Shown piece by piece: positions 14,101-21,205 of a stretch of 64,000 bases of DNA (the stretch's first letter is position 1; each line of letters begins with the position of its first letter). Source of the stretch: a virus; the IMG/VR virus record IMGVR_UViG_3300034071_000719, positions 15,577 to 79,576 of that record, one strand, 5' to 3'. The position numbers were made by a program, and so were the translations under genes. The notes under the pieces are model-generated. The model was not told the origin of the DNA. It did not search any database and saw nothing but the letters and a program-made list of their open reading frames with translations.

Positions 14101-14910
14101 CAAAGTTTGTCAGGAACAATTGCTCGAGTAACAAAAACAGATACGACTAGTAACTACATAACATTAGTATATACTGCCGGTCAATTTACTGTAGGATCAG
14201 GTAATATTAGTTTGAATGGAATAGATGCCAATGCATATCCTACATCTGCAAGTATTAGGGCTGTGCCTCGTGCTACTGTTATTAAAAATAACAATATACC
14301 GTTTAGTTATGCATCTGCAAATGTTGGATTGAATAGTAATATCACAGTATCAAGTGGTAGTTACATAACTCAAAGCTCAACTGGTGCAAATGCAATAGTT
14401 CAACAATCAGTTACTGACAGTAAGTATGTTAACTTAGTATATGTAGATACAACAATATTTGAATTAGGCGCTGGCAATATTGCAATTAATGGCGGTACTG
14501 TTACAAGTATACATCCTACTACATCGGTATATATTGCGAATATAAGTAATCAAATAAGTATCAATGGCACAATTAGTTCTGACATTGCTCCGCTTGCTAT
14601 GAATTTATTAGCTGCAAGTGATTCGACTAACGAATATGTTACTGGATCAGTTGATGCCAATGGAAATATTACAGTTAAAGCAAATGTAACTTTAAAAACA
14701 GATAATGCATGGTATACACCTATACCTGGAGTTGCACCATCAGATGGGCTGGGCTTCCAGTTTACTGATACTGCTCAGGTATTATTCTTAAAATTATGGC
14801 CAAGTGGCTATCCAGCGAGTTTTGCAATAGGTGATGAGGCGTTGGTAAATATAGTAACAGAATCGGGTATAGAAATATACGGCGAGTTTGGTGATATTGA
14901 TGGAAATTAA
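2143..14910 (+). CDS. Giant virion structural protein (baseplate wedge/gp7-like) with FG-GAP-type beta-propeller, CBM5/12-like modules and C-terminal repeats
   Basis: 4255-aa intact ORF between wedge and fibre genes; FG...(V/I)GAP blades at ~8.7-10.8 kb; W..G..Y..G..V.Y.N modules; GxGY repeats. Confidence 0.8.
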   Translation: MTMASRKTLKFLPTIFQTDTNSKFLSATLDQLIAEPELKTIHGYIGRKFAPTYKNKDSYLVESLTERQNYQLEPSIVARDDQQNITFFASYIDLLNKIDYYGGITTDHSRLFASEYYSFNPQISYDKFINFTQYFWLPNGPDSVDVYTGSVPLTDTITVHRDSTTNKYRFESTGRNNGTLILARGGVYTFEVNQPGHPFWIQTELGIDGLVNSTPGISSREVLGVTNNGADVGTITFLVPQSTAQDNFNSMNLIYNVDYAIPLAYSKIQHQLLSNFIQAFPQYAPIAANIDGKTLIFIDQDQLTNYGENAWITPGLFDNHGIEVDEFDAGYVVTNNQRYGVWKIMLIENGGDTIIRLVPVIDVPLNNKVYIQSGITNVNREYFKDYDEFFHQVPVISSVQNTIYYQDGSSSDLYGQFSLINPASWIIDVDQEIIGKSEYISPNGIEFTTGLKIKFGTDVYPATYQNNSYYVEGVGDAIRLVDITALITPEPFNDELAINYPGQVFPDYITINRASKDLNAWSRSNRWFHRDVIEKTAEYNSTTPAYDQLQRAQRPIVQFNADYQLFNNGRIGKKAIDILDTLTTDAFSDVEGTYQTIFRGATIINGTRVIFANDNDPLVRNNIYEINLVYITVDEFQRPVGDPQITLTLAADGIAEQYDSTVITTGQYKGTSWWFNGINWVESQTKTSNQQDPLFDIFDSADTSLSEYPASTFAGTKLFGYKRNSTGRTDPVLQFPLSYRNFGTQGDIEFSNYYNIDTFSYTANPITQISIGSLHKIADRYNSVSSTIWSTVIEESKQYQLISYIYLGSTTIFAIDVTPAVESTIPYLRVFQNNVLLTPTQWVFNSVTKTISLVATPAIDDKIDILVYSKEVSKLGHYQIPLNLDLNAQNIDLESLTLGQIRNHVVALSHNSKELVGNILGPNNLRDIELATQGGNILQHSAPVPHAALFLLNEDTNFVNAVRYAQQEYARFKNKFLEYSTTLNGIQPTDPSASVDLILTTINAIKSQLFPWYYSDMVPYGTLKNILNDVGYTVFDPLVRTYEITSVFNSAILSNQAILVYLNGEQLILNRDYSFNTERPAVTFADTLLLNVDDLITIVEYQNTDGCYIPETPTKLGLYPKFIPEIFLDDTYRTPINVIRGHDGSLTPAFNDYRDDFLLELEKRIYNNIKVPDTGRNQDIHEIVTGKFRNSDFVLAEATQLLSGSFLNWVGNNKLDYSTNDTFNSNDPFTWNYSRFIDRINGEALPGSWKACFQYFYDTIRPHQTPWEMLGFTSIPDWWEDEYGTAPYTGGNTLLWSDLEAGLIKGGPTAGVDSNYIRPGLSKIIPVDENGILKSPAAILTAEFDSKYAATSWAAGSQGPVEAAWRTSSEFPFAAQVALALAKPGKYFGVFLDVNSYQYNYNIGQYLTTANNHLTQTSTSFNGDTTSGTVFRGAGYLNWVADYLINLGINPATKITLLMKNYKVNLAYKMAGFSDQKYLQVLAEQSSPTSTNDSIIIPDENYEVYLYKSTPVDKLTYSAVIIEKTSNGFSVRGYDLSNPYFTIIPSIVNSNASKITVVAQSAAVFNDYQPVKLTVPYGYDFSSMQQVVDFLISYERYLQAQGFTFNDNDGQLNEVRNWKLSSKEFLFWAQQGWPNGSILVLSPVSNLITSLSSGAITDGISDSQYGTKILDQNFKLIKNNNYNVLRTPTSLKVELTNGQVIGLMTLDLVQYEHVLVFDNTTVFNDIIYKPELGNRQFRLKLIGQKTDNWDGSLTSPGFVYNSNTVQSWIQGKDYLKGVLVQYKNQYYVALQNIIASELFDFSAWKSVDADQIKTGLLPNFASNAVKAQSYYDAYGYFNDSNNVKYSHGLIGFKPRQFLDDMGLNETTQVEFYKGYITQKGTANAIDALTNAQFNNLNSAIDYYEEWAVRVGEYGAIDTNPYVEIALDEKAFSVNPALAEFVPTTDEARANGVTVFANGDLYKSTNQFDGTIASIRNDQSDYDNDIPTAGYVNIDDIDATIFDLANYADLNSLTYTMGSGYTIWTAKDFKSDWNVFRISETDTTIVEVENALDGYITFRTDVYHGLAADNVVMIRNFDAAFDGFYEVYRIVDLSSFMVRYTGDTTTLTNFTGSGILFTLDSLRFNYMETAREYFPPHGWKVGEKIWIDTDAATTTGQGQPYNTGDNLWKVYEKTRPWEMGQRLVKNIGEYSADIGYGQALKMIDNAAQTIFVGTTLYATTGAVNVFDKNTSNVYVETTTIVPDGANTFTFGSHIDTAVDTTVFDGIDSRETLAVAAPTSSGLAGAANVGLLYIYKETAGTENWVRGQVIAGNVSAVGGKFGTGFAFDELGHWLYVGAPYESTPKVYVYGLQRFVTVATGNVTTSGSVSTVTVPFTRDATVGSTDANSLLVTSATRTYIPRIDYTVSGQTITFISGNVNATLTISQGPYYTLIETITPPPGTGDNSEFGYCIDASLNGAQLGVGCPGDTVNVAVFSDGITTVERSIPVGTNTASITLDGNVLPRTSYVENVGAGSVFVYDRVIESFNSTNDTIYTTEETIAPVYKVTVDGIEIFDYTKTAAKEITLYVPVGIGKVINIETNKFTLLEKLIGIDSLDGTLGAIQSGARFGSALTICSNNCAFYIGAPYYDSGTIYNTGAVWKFHNRGTLYGTNTGYTHNPTFTPGDTIRLDNFQITVTGTSLDSLVEDINNANLLGITAVNENGYLRLNSDKTVAKNRLRILSASGTVYEDAGMAIFAFMQIIVNPYKNANEYFGTKVILARNAYMLVISSDRGTTRKYTTFDNDTTILDGETTGIYDSIKASGSVYTYELYDDPRNAVENPGRYAFCQQIDPTDLNPGDGFGAAIDVIGGHIVVSAPNDDATITNGGSIYLFSNPTGQRGWNLLRYEQPTVDIDSVNRLYVYNKRTNTILANLEFIDPAAGKILGLAEQELSYKTSYDPAIYNKGTSSESSSNTYWEATQVGRVWWNLDQVRYIDYEQGSLAYRSINWGRLFPGSIVEVLEWVESDVLPSKYVSAGNNGTPKHADDSAYVETIFVDPLTNIISTKYYYWVKDKTSLDVINSSRSLPIKVIRDLIENPKNNGTAYTAIISPSAVILYNIAEYLSDVDTILHLDYELIRNSSIVHSEYELIQKGNNVGIIPVRIIDKLIDSLVGYDIANAQVPDMGLSIADRYGISIRPRQSMFVDRLTAVTVLIDYVNNVFTTAQYTTYNVEHLLLEESQPSKKLNEYDILVTTEEELLYVDTTELSSGYLVLVATNTMYEGRWTLHQLTSTNTWEIIRSQSYKTSLYWDYADWYATGYTSAIKPAYSVATLLDALKLPYTANDIIKITNTGAGQWELILVNDALEFVTIGKQHGTIQLNKSKLIDVTLDQHVELRNIIVGLQDDIFVGTLAGEFNKLFFQLINYLFTEQTYVDWIFKTSFISIVHKLRGLTQPSNYIKDNQTYYQDYINEVKPYSTKIREYLLNYNSVDEFPGSVSDFDLPAYYDHTLKVFRSPSGEQLATDSSMWQTAPYNQWYANRTYEIESIEIGNKGVGYVTAPVVEIYGNGTGATAHSLINFDTGEVTAVIVDNPGTGYSQQVVIRLNGNGSGATAYARLHNNQVRSINTTMKFDRISYSSVVKEWTPNTVFLAGDIVSYNAVGYIVNANMTTPAKFIASDYTVHPSASFTNANDRIMANYAPGNDLPLKNLSQLIYGIDYPGVQVTGLPFDQAPGLDLGPFDINLFDQVQYDIDGLPMTSDTAVDSLIQSNYTDLALGTRPEDINVIGGAYVDTYSSHAPEEMVPGIVFDTLNLQVYTKILGNTVVLGYRILHDMLHNSTYLRIAEHYSTVLTAPLNISDSLIYVEDASTLPIPDPDAGIPGVIFIQTERITYYTIDLINHTLGQLRRGTAGTAPRLTYQSGVAVVDASNRQLMPNIGSSNVTHAVDHAYTITSTPPYELTFTDAIIPTFGDYITQASTGANVTVTAISTLTAETIQVSAILPVLQVGDIVTQSLSGTIARVTKTDTTSNYITLVYTAGQFTVGSGNISLNGIDANAYPTSASIRAVPRATVIKNNNIPFSYASANVGLNSNITVSSGSYITQSSTGANAIVQQSVTDSKYVNLVYVDTTIFELGAGNIAINGGTVTSIHPTTSVYIANISNQISINGTISSDIAPLAMNLLAASDSTNEYVTGSVDANGNITVKANVTLKTDNAWYTPIPGVAPSDGLGFQFTDTAQVLFLKLWPSGYPASFAIGDEALVNIVTESGIEIYGEFGDIDGN

Positions 14911-14954
14911 TACCACCACGAAACAAAAAATGATTAACGTGTCCGGAGACATAA

Positions 14955-17366
14955 ATGACAATTAAAATAAGCCAGTTAACGGCGCTGACTAGCATGACAA
15001 ATACTACGCTAATGGCAGTGGTAGATACTGATGGACCGTATATTACTAAAAGAATAGATGGATCGGTATTACGAGATTTTTTTGCTAATGTAGCAACTAC
15101 AGGAAACACTGCACAATTAACAGTTAATTCAAGTTTAGTTCCGATTACTGATTCAATGTATAATTTAGGAGCTGCTGGATCGGCATTTGGTGAGTTGTAT
15201 ACAAGTGGCACGTTTTATACAGATGGTGCAATTAGAAATAATGCCGGAATTGTGTCAGTATCAACATCAACTGGTGCGCTTACTGTAGTTGGTGGGGTTG
15301 GTGTAACTGGCAATATTAATGCAGGTAATGTTACTGCTACTAATTTAACTGGACATATTGCAACTCCGGTCCAAGATCAAATTACATCACTTGGCACACT
15401 AACTGGATTAACATCTAGTGGTGCCGTATCTATTACAGCAACAACTGGTTCAGATTCATCAACAACTGGCGCTTTAATAGTAGCAGGCGGACTCGGCGTT
15501 AGCGGTAACGTACACATACCGAGCACATATCAACTACACGTTGGATCAGATGTAGTTGCAGCATCATTTCCGCAATCAGTAGCACAGTTCAATAGTAGCG
15601 TTAATAACTATCAACAAGTTGTGATGCAAAATATAAGCAGTGGCGCGACTGCTTCGTCAGATTATATTGCAGTAGCCGACACAGGCGATGATGCTAGCAA
15701 ATACATCGATATGGGTATTAACTCAAGTGGGTATTCTAATCTAGATTACAGTATCGCTGGCGCACTTGATGGATATATGTATGTTAACGGTGGCAATTTA
15801 GCAATAGGTACACAAACTGTAGGAAAAAGTATTGTATTCCACACAGGTGGCACACAATTATCTAATCTTCGAGCTCGATTATCGTCAACTGGATTAACAG
15901 TTAATGCAACAACAGCAACAAGCTCAATAACAACTGGCGCACTAGTAGTAAACGGTGGAATTGGAGTTGCAGGCGATATGCGAGTAGGTGGAAACATTTA
16001 TGCTGCTAACTTAATTACTACTAGTACTTCGACGTTATCTGTATCGGCTCCATTGGTATATATGGAAGCATCTACACCATACCCATATTCATATGATATA
16101 GGTATCTTTAGTGCATTCACTGGTGGCCCAGCCAACGTATATGCACATACCGGATTTGTACGTAACGACACCGACGGTGTATGGAATTTGTTTAGTAATG
16201 TTGCTGAACCAGCAGGCGGTCAAGTAAGTTTAACTAATGCAATTTATGATCCAATTAAGACTGGTGCTCACACAATCAATAGCGATGCAGTCACTAAACT
16301 AGTCAATGGCGGCACCAGTGGGGTTGGCAATATTGGATCGAGCAGCGGTATTTTTAATACAGTATTTGCTACTAAATTACAAGGTACATTAACTACTCCA
16401 GCACAAACAGCAATCACATCAGTTGGCACATTAGTAGGTGGAACATGGAATGCCGCTACTATTAGTGTAGCATACGGTGGAACAGGTACAACAACTAACA
16501 CAGGGACAGGTTCAGTAGTATTAAGTAATTCGCCTACATTAGTGACACCAGCATTGGGTACACCAACAAGTGGTAATTTATCTAATTGTACGTTCCCAAC
16601 ATTAAATCAAAACACCAGCGGAACAGCTGCAGGATTGTCTGCTACATTGGCAGTTGCATCTGGCGGCACAGGTACAACAACAAGCACCGGTACTGGTTCA
16701 GTAGTACTAAGTACCGGCCCAACTATAGCTACTCCTACATTTACTGCACCGGCATTAGGAACTCCAACATCGGGTAACTTTGGGTCTGGTACATTTGTTT
16801 GGCCAACATTTAATCAAAGTACAAGTGGTAGTGCCGCGAGTTTATCGGGTGTTCCGTCGCTTACGCTAGCATCTGTGACTACACCAAGTATTACCCATTC
16901 GGGCGGAAATGGCGTGGGAGATATTGGTGCTGCAGGTTCTACATTTGCTACAGTTTACGCAACAACATTCAGTGGTGTTTCAACTACTGCAAAATATGCC
17001 GATATAGCAGAAAATTATCAAGCAGATGCGGAATACGCACCGGGCACTGTTTTAGCATTTGGCGGACTGTTTGAAGTTACGCTAGCCACCGATAATACAG
17101 CTCGAGTCGCCGGTATAGTATCTACTAACCCAGCACATTTGATGAATACAAATTTAATAGGGCACAATGTTGTTGCCCTTGCATTGACTGGTCGTGTACC
17201 GTGTCGAGTTACTGGTAGTATTAAGAAAGGCGACTTAATGGTTGCAGCGTCTGATGGATTTGCTAGAGCAACAACATCTCCGCAGTTCGGCGCAGTAATA
17301 GGCAAAGCGTTAGAAGACTTTGAAGGTACAGACGGAATAATTGAAGTTGTTGTTGGAAGGCTATAA
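14955..17366 (+). CDS. Tail fibre/spike with C-terminal intramolecular chaperone-like (peptidase G2 IMC-type) domain
   Basis: Very T/S/G-rich; TGALxVxGGxGV repeats; N-terminal KISQL; C-terminal YADIAENY...GRVPCRV.G.I.KGD. Confidence 0.75.
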   Translation: MTIKISQLTALTSMTNTTLMAVVDTDGPYITKRIDGSVLRDFFANVATTGNTAQLTVNSSLVPITDSMYNLGAAGSAFGELYTSGTFYTDGAIRNNAGIVSVSTSTGALTVVGGVGVTGNINAGNVTATNLTGHIATPVQDQITSLGTLTGLTSSGAVSITATTGSDSSTTGALIVAGGLGVSGNVHIPSTYQLHVGSDVVAASFPQSVAQFNSSVNNYQQVVMQNISSGATASSDYIAVADTGDDASKYIDMGINSSGYSNLDYSIAGALDGYMYVNGGNLAIGTQTVGKSIVFHTGGTQLSNLRARLSSTGLTVNATTATSSITTGALVVNGGIGVAGDMRVGGNIYAANLITTSTSTLSVSAPLVYMEASTPYPYSYDIGIFSAFTGGPANVYAHTGFVRNDTDGVWNLFSNVAEPAGGQVSLTNAIYDPIKTGAHTINSDAVTKLVNGGTSGVGNIGSSSGIFNTVFATKLQGTLTTPAQTAITSVGTLVGGTWNAATISVAYGGTGTTTNTGTGSVVLSNSPTLVTPALGTPTSGNLSNCTFPTLNQNTSGTAAGLSATLAVASGGTGTTTSTGTGSVVLSTGPTIATPTFTAPALGTPTSGNFGSGTFVWPTFNQSTSGSAASLSGVPSLTLASVTTPSITHSGGNGVGDIGAAGSTFATVYATTFSGVSTTAKYADIAENYQADAEYAPGTVLAFGGLFEVTLATDNTARVAGIVSTNPAHLMNTNLIGHNVVALALTGRVPCRVTGSIKKGDLMVAASDGFARATTSPQFGAVIGKALEDFEGTDGIIEVVVGRL
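16467..16850 (+). repeat. Internal tandem duplication (~60 aa unit x2) in the fibre gene
   Basis: VAYGGTGTTTNTGTGSVVLS...PALGTPTSGN...PTLNQNTSG vs VASGGTGTTTSTGTGSVVLS...PALGTPTSGN...PTFNQSTSG. Confidence 0.85.
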
Positions 17367-17386
17367 AATGTATTCGGCTGCGAGAA

Positions 17387-17392
17387 TAAATA
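17387..17392 (+). promoter_or_regulatory. T4-like late promoter core TAAATA
   Basis: TAAATA 5 nt before the ATG at 17398. Confidence 0.5.
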
Positions 17393-17397
17393 ATAAT

Positions 17398-17544
17398 ATG
17401 GATGATAAAATGCAACAATCAGTAGATAATAGTAAGCCTCAAATTGAAAAACGCCCTGATGAGCGTGGCGGAATCGATGTGCAAAGTCACATTAAAATAT
17501 TCGATCCCGAAACTAATGAAATATTTGTACAGGAGCGAGCATAA
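17398..17544 (+). CDS. Small putative structural protein
   Basis: 48 aa from ATG 17398; its HIKIFDPETNEIFV mirrors FLKIFDPVTNEVFV in the next gene; TAATG coupling. Confidence 0.6.
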   Translation: MDDKMQQSVDNSKPQIEKRPDERGGIDVQSHIKIFDPETNEIFVQERA

Positions 17545-18155
17545 TGTTATCAACTGCAAATCTTAGTATTAGAGGATTTTTAAAGATATTTGATCCTGTT
17601 ACAAATGAAGTATTTGTTGATAAAGACAATGCTATTCATTATGAAAATATGAGTGAAGCTCTTGCAACAAGTTTAAGTAACAAAGGATTAAGTTTTATCA
17701 CAGAAATGCATTTTGGTAACGGCGGCACTACAGTTGACCCTACTGGTGTTATTACATACTTGCCAACAAATACAAATGTTCAAAATGCCGACTTGTATAG
17801 TCCGCAATATTATAAAATTGTTGATAATACAAATGCTGCAAACGGTGACCCATTAAGAAATAATATTGTTGTTTCTCATGTGGCAACTAAAATCTATACT
17901 GACATTATTGTAAGCTGTCTATTAGACTACGGTGAGCCAAACGGGCAAGCAGTGTTTGATAACAGTCAAGATTTAAATGGACAATTCGTTTTTGACGAAT
18001 TGGGTTTAAAAGGATTTAGTTCATCAGGCGAAGGACTTGGCAAACTATTAACACATGTGATTTTTAGTCCAGTGCAAAAATCGCTAAACAGATTAATTCA
18101 AATTGATTATACAGTGCGTATTCAAACTTTAACTAATTTAAGCACTACAGCATAA
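17544..18155 (+). CDS. Virion baseplate/tail structural protein
   Basis: 203 aa in the structural operon; FDELGL...LLTHVIFSPVQKS...IDYTVRI resembles fibre-collar/baseplate domains. Confidence 0.6.
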   Translation: MLSTANLSIRGFLKIFDPVTNEVFVDKDNAIHYENMSEALATSLSNKGLSFITEMHFGNGGTTVDPTGVITYLPTNTNVQNADLYSPQYYKIVDNTNAANGDPLRNNIVVSHVATKIYTDIIVSCLLDYGEPNGQAVFDNSQDLNGQFVFDELGLKGFSSSGEGLGKLLTHVIFSPVQKSLNRLIQIDYTVRIQTLTNLSTTA

Positions 18156-18168
18156 CTAGGATAATAAA

Positions 18169-19530
18169 ATGTCGTATACAATAACAACAACAAACGGAAC
18201 AACACTTGGTACTATTTTAGATGGTACAGTGGACACGGCACATACTAGTTTAACATTAGTTGGGCGTAACTACAGTAACTACGGTCAGATAATGACTGAT
18301 AACTTAGTGGCATTAATTGAAAATTTTGCATATGGCATAGCACCAAGCAACCCACTTCCTGGACAATTGTGGTGGGATACTACAAATAATTTATTAAAAG
18401 TATTTGCAGGCAGTGCCTTTAAAGTTGTCGGTAGTGCAGTTGCAACATCTATCCCTCCAACAACAACATTAGCTGGCGATTTATGGTGGGATACAACAAA
18501 TGAACAGTTTTATGTATACAATGGTACCTCTCCTTATGCAAGTAGTGGATGGATTTTAGTAGGCCCGAGCTGGGACAAAATTAACGGTAAATCCGGTGCG
18601 TTACGAGAAACAATTACAGATATTTCTGCATCCGTGCATGCTGTTATTGTGATATATTTAGACGGAACACGAACTGCAATTATTAGTCAAGATGGAGAAT
18701 TTACTCCTGCAACTTCAGTCGACGGATTTACTACTATTAAAACAGGTTACAATATACATAGTGGTGAAACATTCTGGGGAACAGCAAATAATGCTAGTTA
18801 TTTAGGCGGTGTTGTTGCAACTAATTATTTACGTACAGATATTAATAATAGTAGTACAGGGAATTTACGTATTGTAAATGATAGCGGAGTAACAATCGGT
18901 GCTGGACTAGATTTAACCTTAGCAGTTACCGGAATTCATGCATCTATCACAAATAATTCTACAAATGGTGATATTAGTTTAATAACAAATGGAACACCGT
19001 ACCTAACCATTACTGGAACAACTGGTGTGATTGAAGTTGCGGCAGATCCAACTACAACATTAGGAGTTGCAACAAAAAATTATGTCGATGACAGCTTTGC
19101 TAATTCTCCATATCTAGGAGGAGTGCCAACAGCTCCAACAGCCATTGTTGGCACAGTGTCGGACCAAATTGCTACAACCGGGTTTGTAGTTAATAATTCC
19201 GGATTCCTAAAGAATAAAATTTATCAAGGTAATAGCCAGTTAGAAATAGTTGATGCTGGAACAGCATCAGCAGACTTGGCACTTGACGGTATCAGTGTAT
19301 TGAATGCGTCGGCAACCGGTGTGAATTTAACCCGTACTCCTACAGCACCAACACAACCACAAACATATACAAGCACAGGTAATCTTGCAATTGCAACTAC
19401 TAGTTACGTACATACAGCAGGACAATGGTGGGGCGGTAGTGCTAAGTTTGTTAGCTTAGATGCACCAAATCCGGGCGTTAATGACATTGGGTCAAACGAT
19501 GGCGATATCTGGTTTCAGTACACAACATAA
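18169..19530 (+). CDS. Tail fibre-like structural protein
   Basis: N-terminal TSLTLVGRNY..YG....N...L.ENFA domain, GQLWWD/GDLWWD repeats, PTAPTA repeats, C-terminal DGDIWFQY. Confidence 0.7.
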   Translation: MSYTITTTNGTTLGTILDGTVDTAHTSLTLVGRNYSNYGQIMTDNLVALIENFAYGIAPSNPLPGQLWWDTTNNLLKVFAGSAFKVVGSAVATSIPPTTTLAGDLWWDTTNEQFYVYNGTSPYASSGWILVGPSWDKINGKSGALRETITDISASVHAVIVIYLDGTRTAIISQDGEFTPATSVDGFTTIKTGYNIHSGETFWGTANNASYLGGVVATNYLRTDINNSSTGNLRIVNDSGVTIGAGLDLTLAVTGIHASITNNSTNGDISLITNGTPYLTITGTTGVIEVAADPTTTLGVATKNYVDDSFANSPYLGGVPTAPTAIVGTVSDQIATTGFVVNNSGFLKNKIYQGNSQLEIVDAGTASADLALDGISVLNASATGVNLTRTPTAPTQPQTYTSTGNLAIATTSYVHTAGQWWGGSAKFVSLDAPNPGVNDIGSNDGDIWFQYTT

Positions 19531-19542
19531 TGTAGTTTTAGA

Positions 19543-19548
19543 TAAATA
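19543..19548 (+). promoter_or_regulatory. T4-like late promoter core TAAATA
   Basis: Intergenic TAAATA ~22 nt before the ATG at 19571. Confidence 0.5.
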
Positions 19549-19570
19549 ATTATAATAATAGGTAAACATA

Positions 19571-21193
19571 ATGGCATATAACGTTATAACAACAGCGGGT
19601 TCTACGATTGCATCAGTTATTGATGGAACAGTTAACACCTCTGCAACCAGTTTAACTTTGATTGGTAAAAACTATGCTGGGTACGGCATTTTCTTGAATG
19701 AAAATTATGTTAAATTATTAGAAAATTTTGCGTATGATAGCGCACCCGCTGCACCATTAACTGGCCAAATTTGGTATGATAGTAGTGCAACACTTTTAAA
19801 ATTTTATACAGGTGACGTATGGAAACCAATCCATACGTCAATGGCATCAAGTACTTCTCCTAACGGAGCAATTGCAGGTGACTTATGGTGGAACACAGCT
19901 TCTGCCCAACTTTTTGTATTCAGTGGCAGTACATGGGTATTAATTGGCCCGCTAACTTCTACAGGTACGGGTACATCGGGCCCTGCAGTTGAAACTATAT
20001 TAGATAACATCAGTGGCAGTCATGTTATTGTTAGATTTTATGTATCTAATGCTACAGTAATGATTATTACTAAAGATCCGGTATTTACTCCACAAACTGC
20101 TATTGCTGGTTTTGCAACTCTTAAACCAGGAATGAATTTATCAACAACCATCACCGATGCACAATTAACAGGCAATGCATCAAATGCATTGGCATTATCG
20201 GGACTTACATCATCGCAATTTTTACGTAGCGATCAGAATACAACAACAAGCTCAACTTTTGGTGTACTTAATAATACTGGATTAACAATCGGTGGTAGCA
20301 ACAATTTTAATATTGGTGTTGTTGGCGGCGCAGTTAAATTATATAACCAAGTTAATAACAGTGATATTAATTTACATGTTAACATGGGCGGTTCGGATTT
20401 TCGAGCACTTAATGTTAGTGGTACTACTCGTGCTGTTACTGTAGATACTAACTTAGCTGTTTCTGGTTATCAAGCTGTTACTGGTAATTTAAATGTTACT
20501 GGGTGGACTAATTTAACTAGTGCCAGAATATCTACTACAATTATTCCAAGTACAACTAATACAATCGATATTGGTACAAGTAGTTTAAAATTTAATAATG
20601 TATATGCTGACAATTTTGTTGGTAATGTAACAACAACAGCACCGGCATCATTGCCGAGTATTGTAAAATCAGGCGCAGATACTGTTGGTAACATTGGGTC
20701 TGCTGCTAATAGATTTGGTACTGTATTTGCAGTTAATTTTATTGGAACTGAATTTGCAGGTCATTTTACTGGAAACGTTACTGGTACAGCAATGACAGCT
20801 AACTATGCCGATTTGGCCGAACGCTTCGAGGCAGATATTCCACTTATGCCAGGTACAGTTGTTGAACTAGGCGGCCTTAAAGAAATTACAATGGCAGTTC
20901 AGGAATTAAGTGAAGCAGTATTTGGCGTGATAAGTACATTGCCTGGATTCTTATTAAATGGATCTGCAGGTAGTAACGCAACACATCCGCCTGTAGCAGT
21001 TAATGGGCGTGTGCCAGTAAGAGTAATTGGATTAGTTACAAAAGGTGATCGATTAGTAAGTGCAGGGAATGGATTAGCTCGTGCCGCTTTACGCAGTGAG
21101 ATAACCGCATTTAATGTACTTGGCCGTGCGTTAGGAAACAAAACTACCGAAGGCGAAGGCACGGTAGAAGCAATAGTTAAATTAAATAATTAA
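19571..21193 (+). CDS. Tail fibre-like protein with C-terminal chaperone-like domain
   Basis: N-terminal ~250 aa paralogous to 18169-19530; C-terminal YADLAERFEAD domain paralogous to 14955-17366. Confidence 0.75.
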   Translation: MAYNVITTAGSTIASVIDGTVNTSATSLTLIGKNYAGYGIFLNENYVKLLENFAYDSAPAAPLTGQIWYDSSATLLKFYTGDVWKPIHTSMASSTSPNGAIAGDLWWNTASAQLFVFSGSTWVLIGPLTSTGTGTSGPAVETILDNISGSHVIVRFYVSNATVMIITKDPVFTPQTAIAGFATLKPGMNLSTTITDAQLTGNASNALALSGLTSSQFLRSDQNTTTSSTFGVLNNTGLTIGGSNNFNIGVVGGAVKLYNQVNNSDINLHVNMGGSDFRALNVSGTTRAVTVDTNLAVSGYQAVTGNLNVTGWTNLTSARISTTIIPSTTNTIDIGTSSLKFNNVYADNFVGNVTTTAPASLPSIVKSGADTVGNIGSAANRFGTVFAVNFIGTEFAGHFTGNVTGTAMTANYADLAERFEADIPLMPGTVVELGGLKEITMAVQELSEAVFGVISTLPGFLLNGSAGSNATHPPVAVNGRVPVRVIGLVTKGDRLVSAGNGLARAALRSEITAFNVLGRALGNKTTEGEGTVEAIVKLNN

Positions 21194-21205
21194 GGAAAAA
21201 CAGAA

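Noticed and set aside
1906-21162. Many 60-150 aa antisense or alternate-frame ORFs inside structural genes (e.g. 8613-9017, 14762-15211)
   Set aside because: They are shadows of long codon-biased genes, with no RBS or motifs
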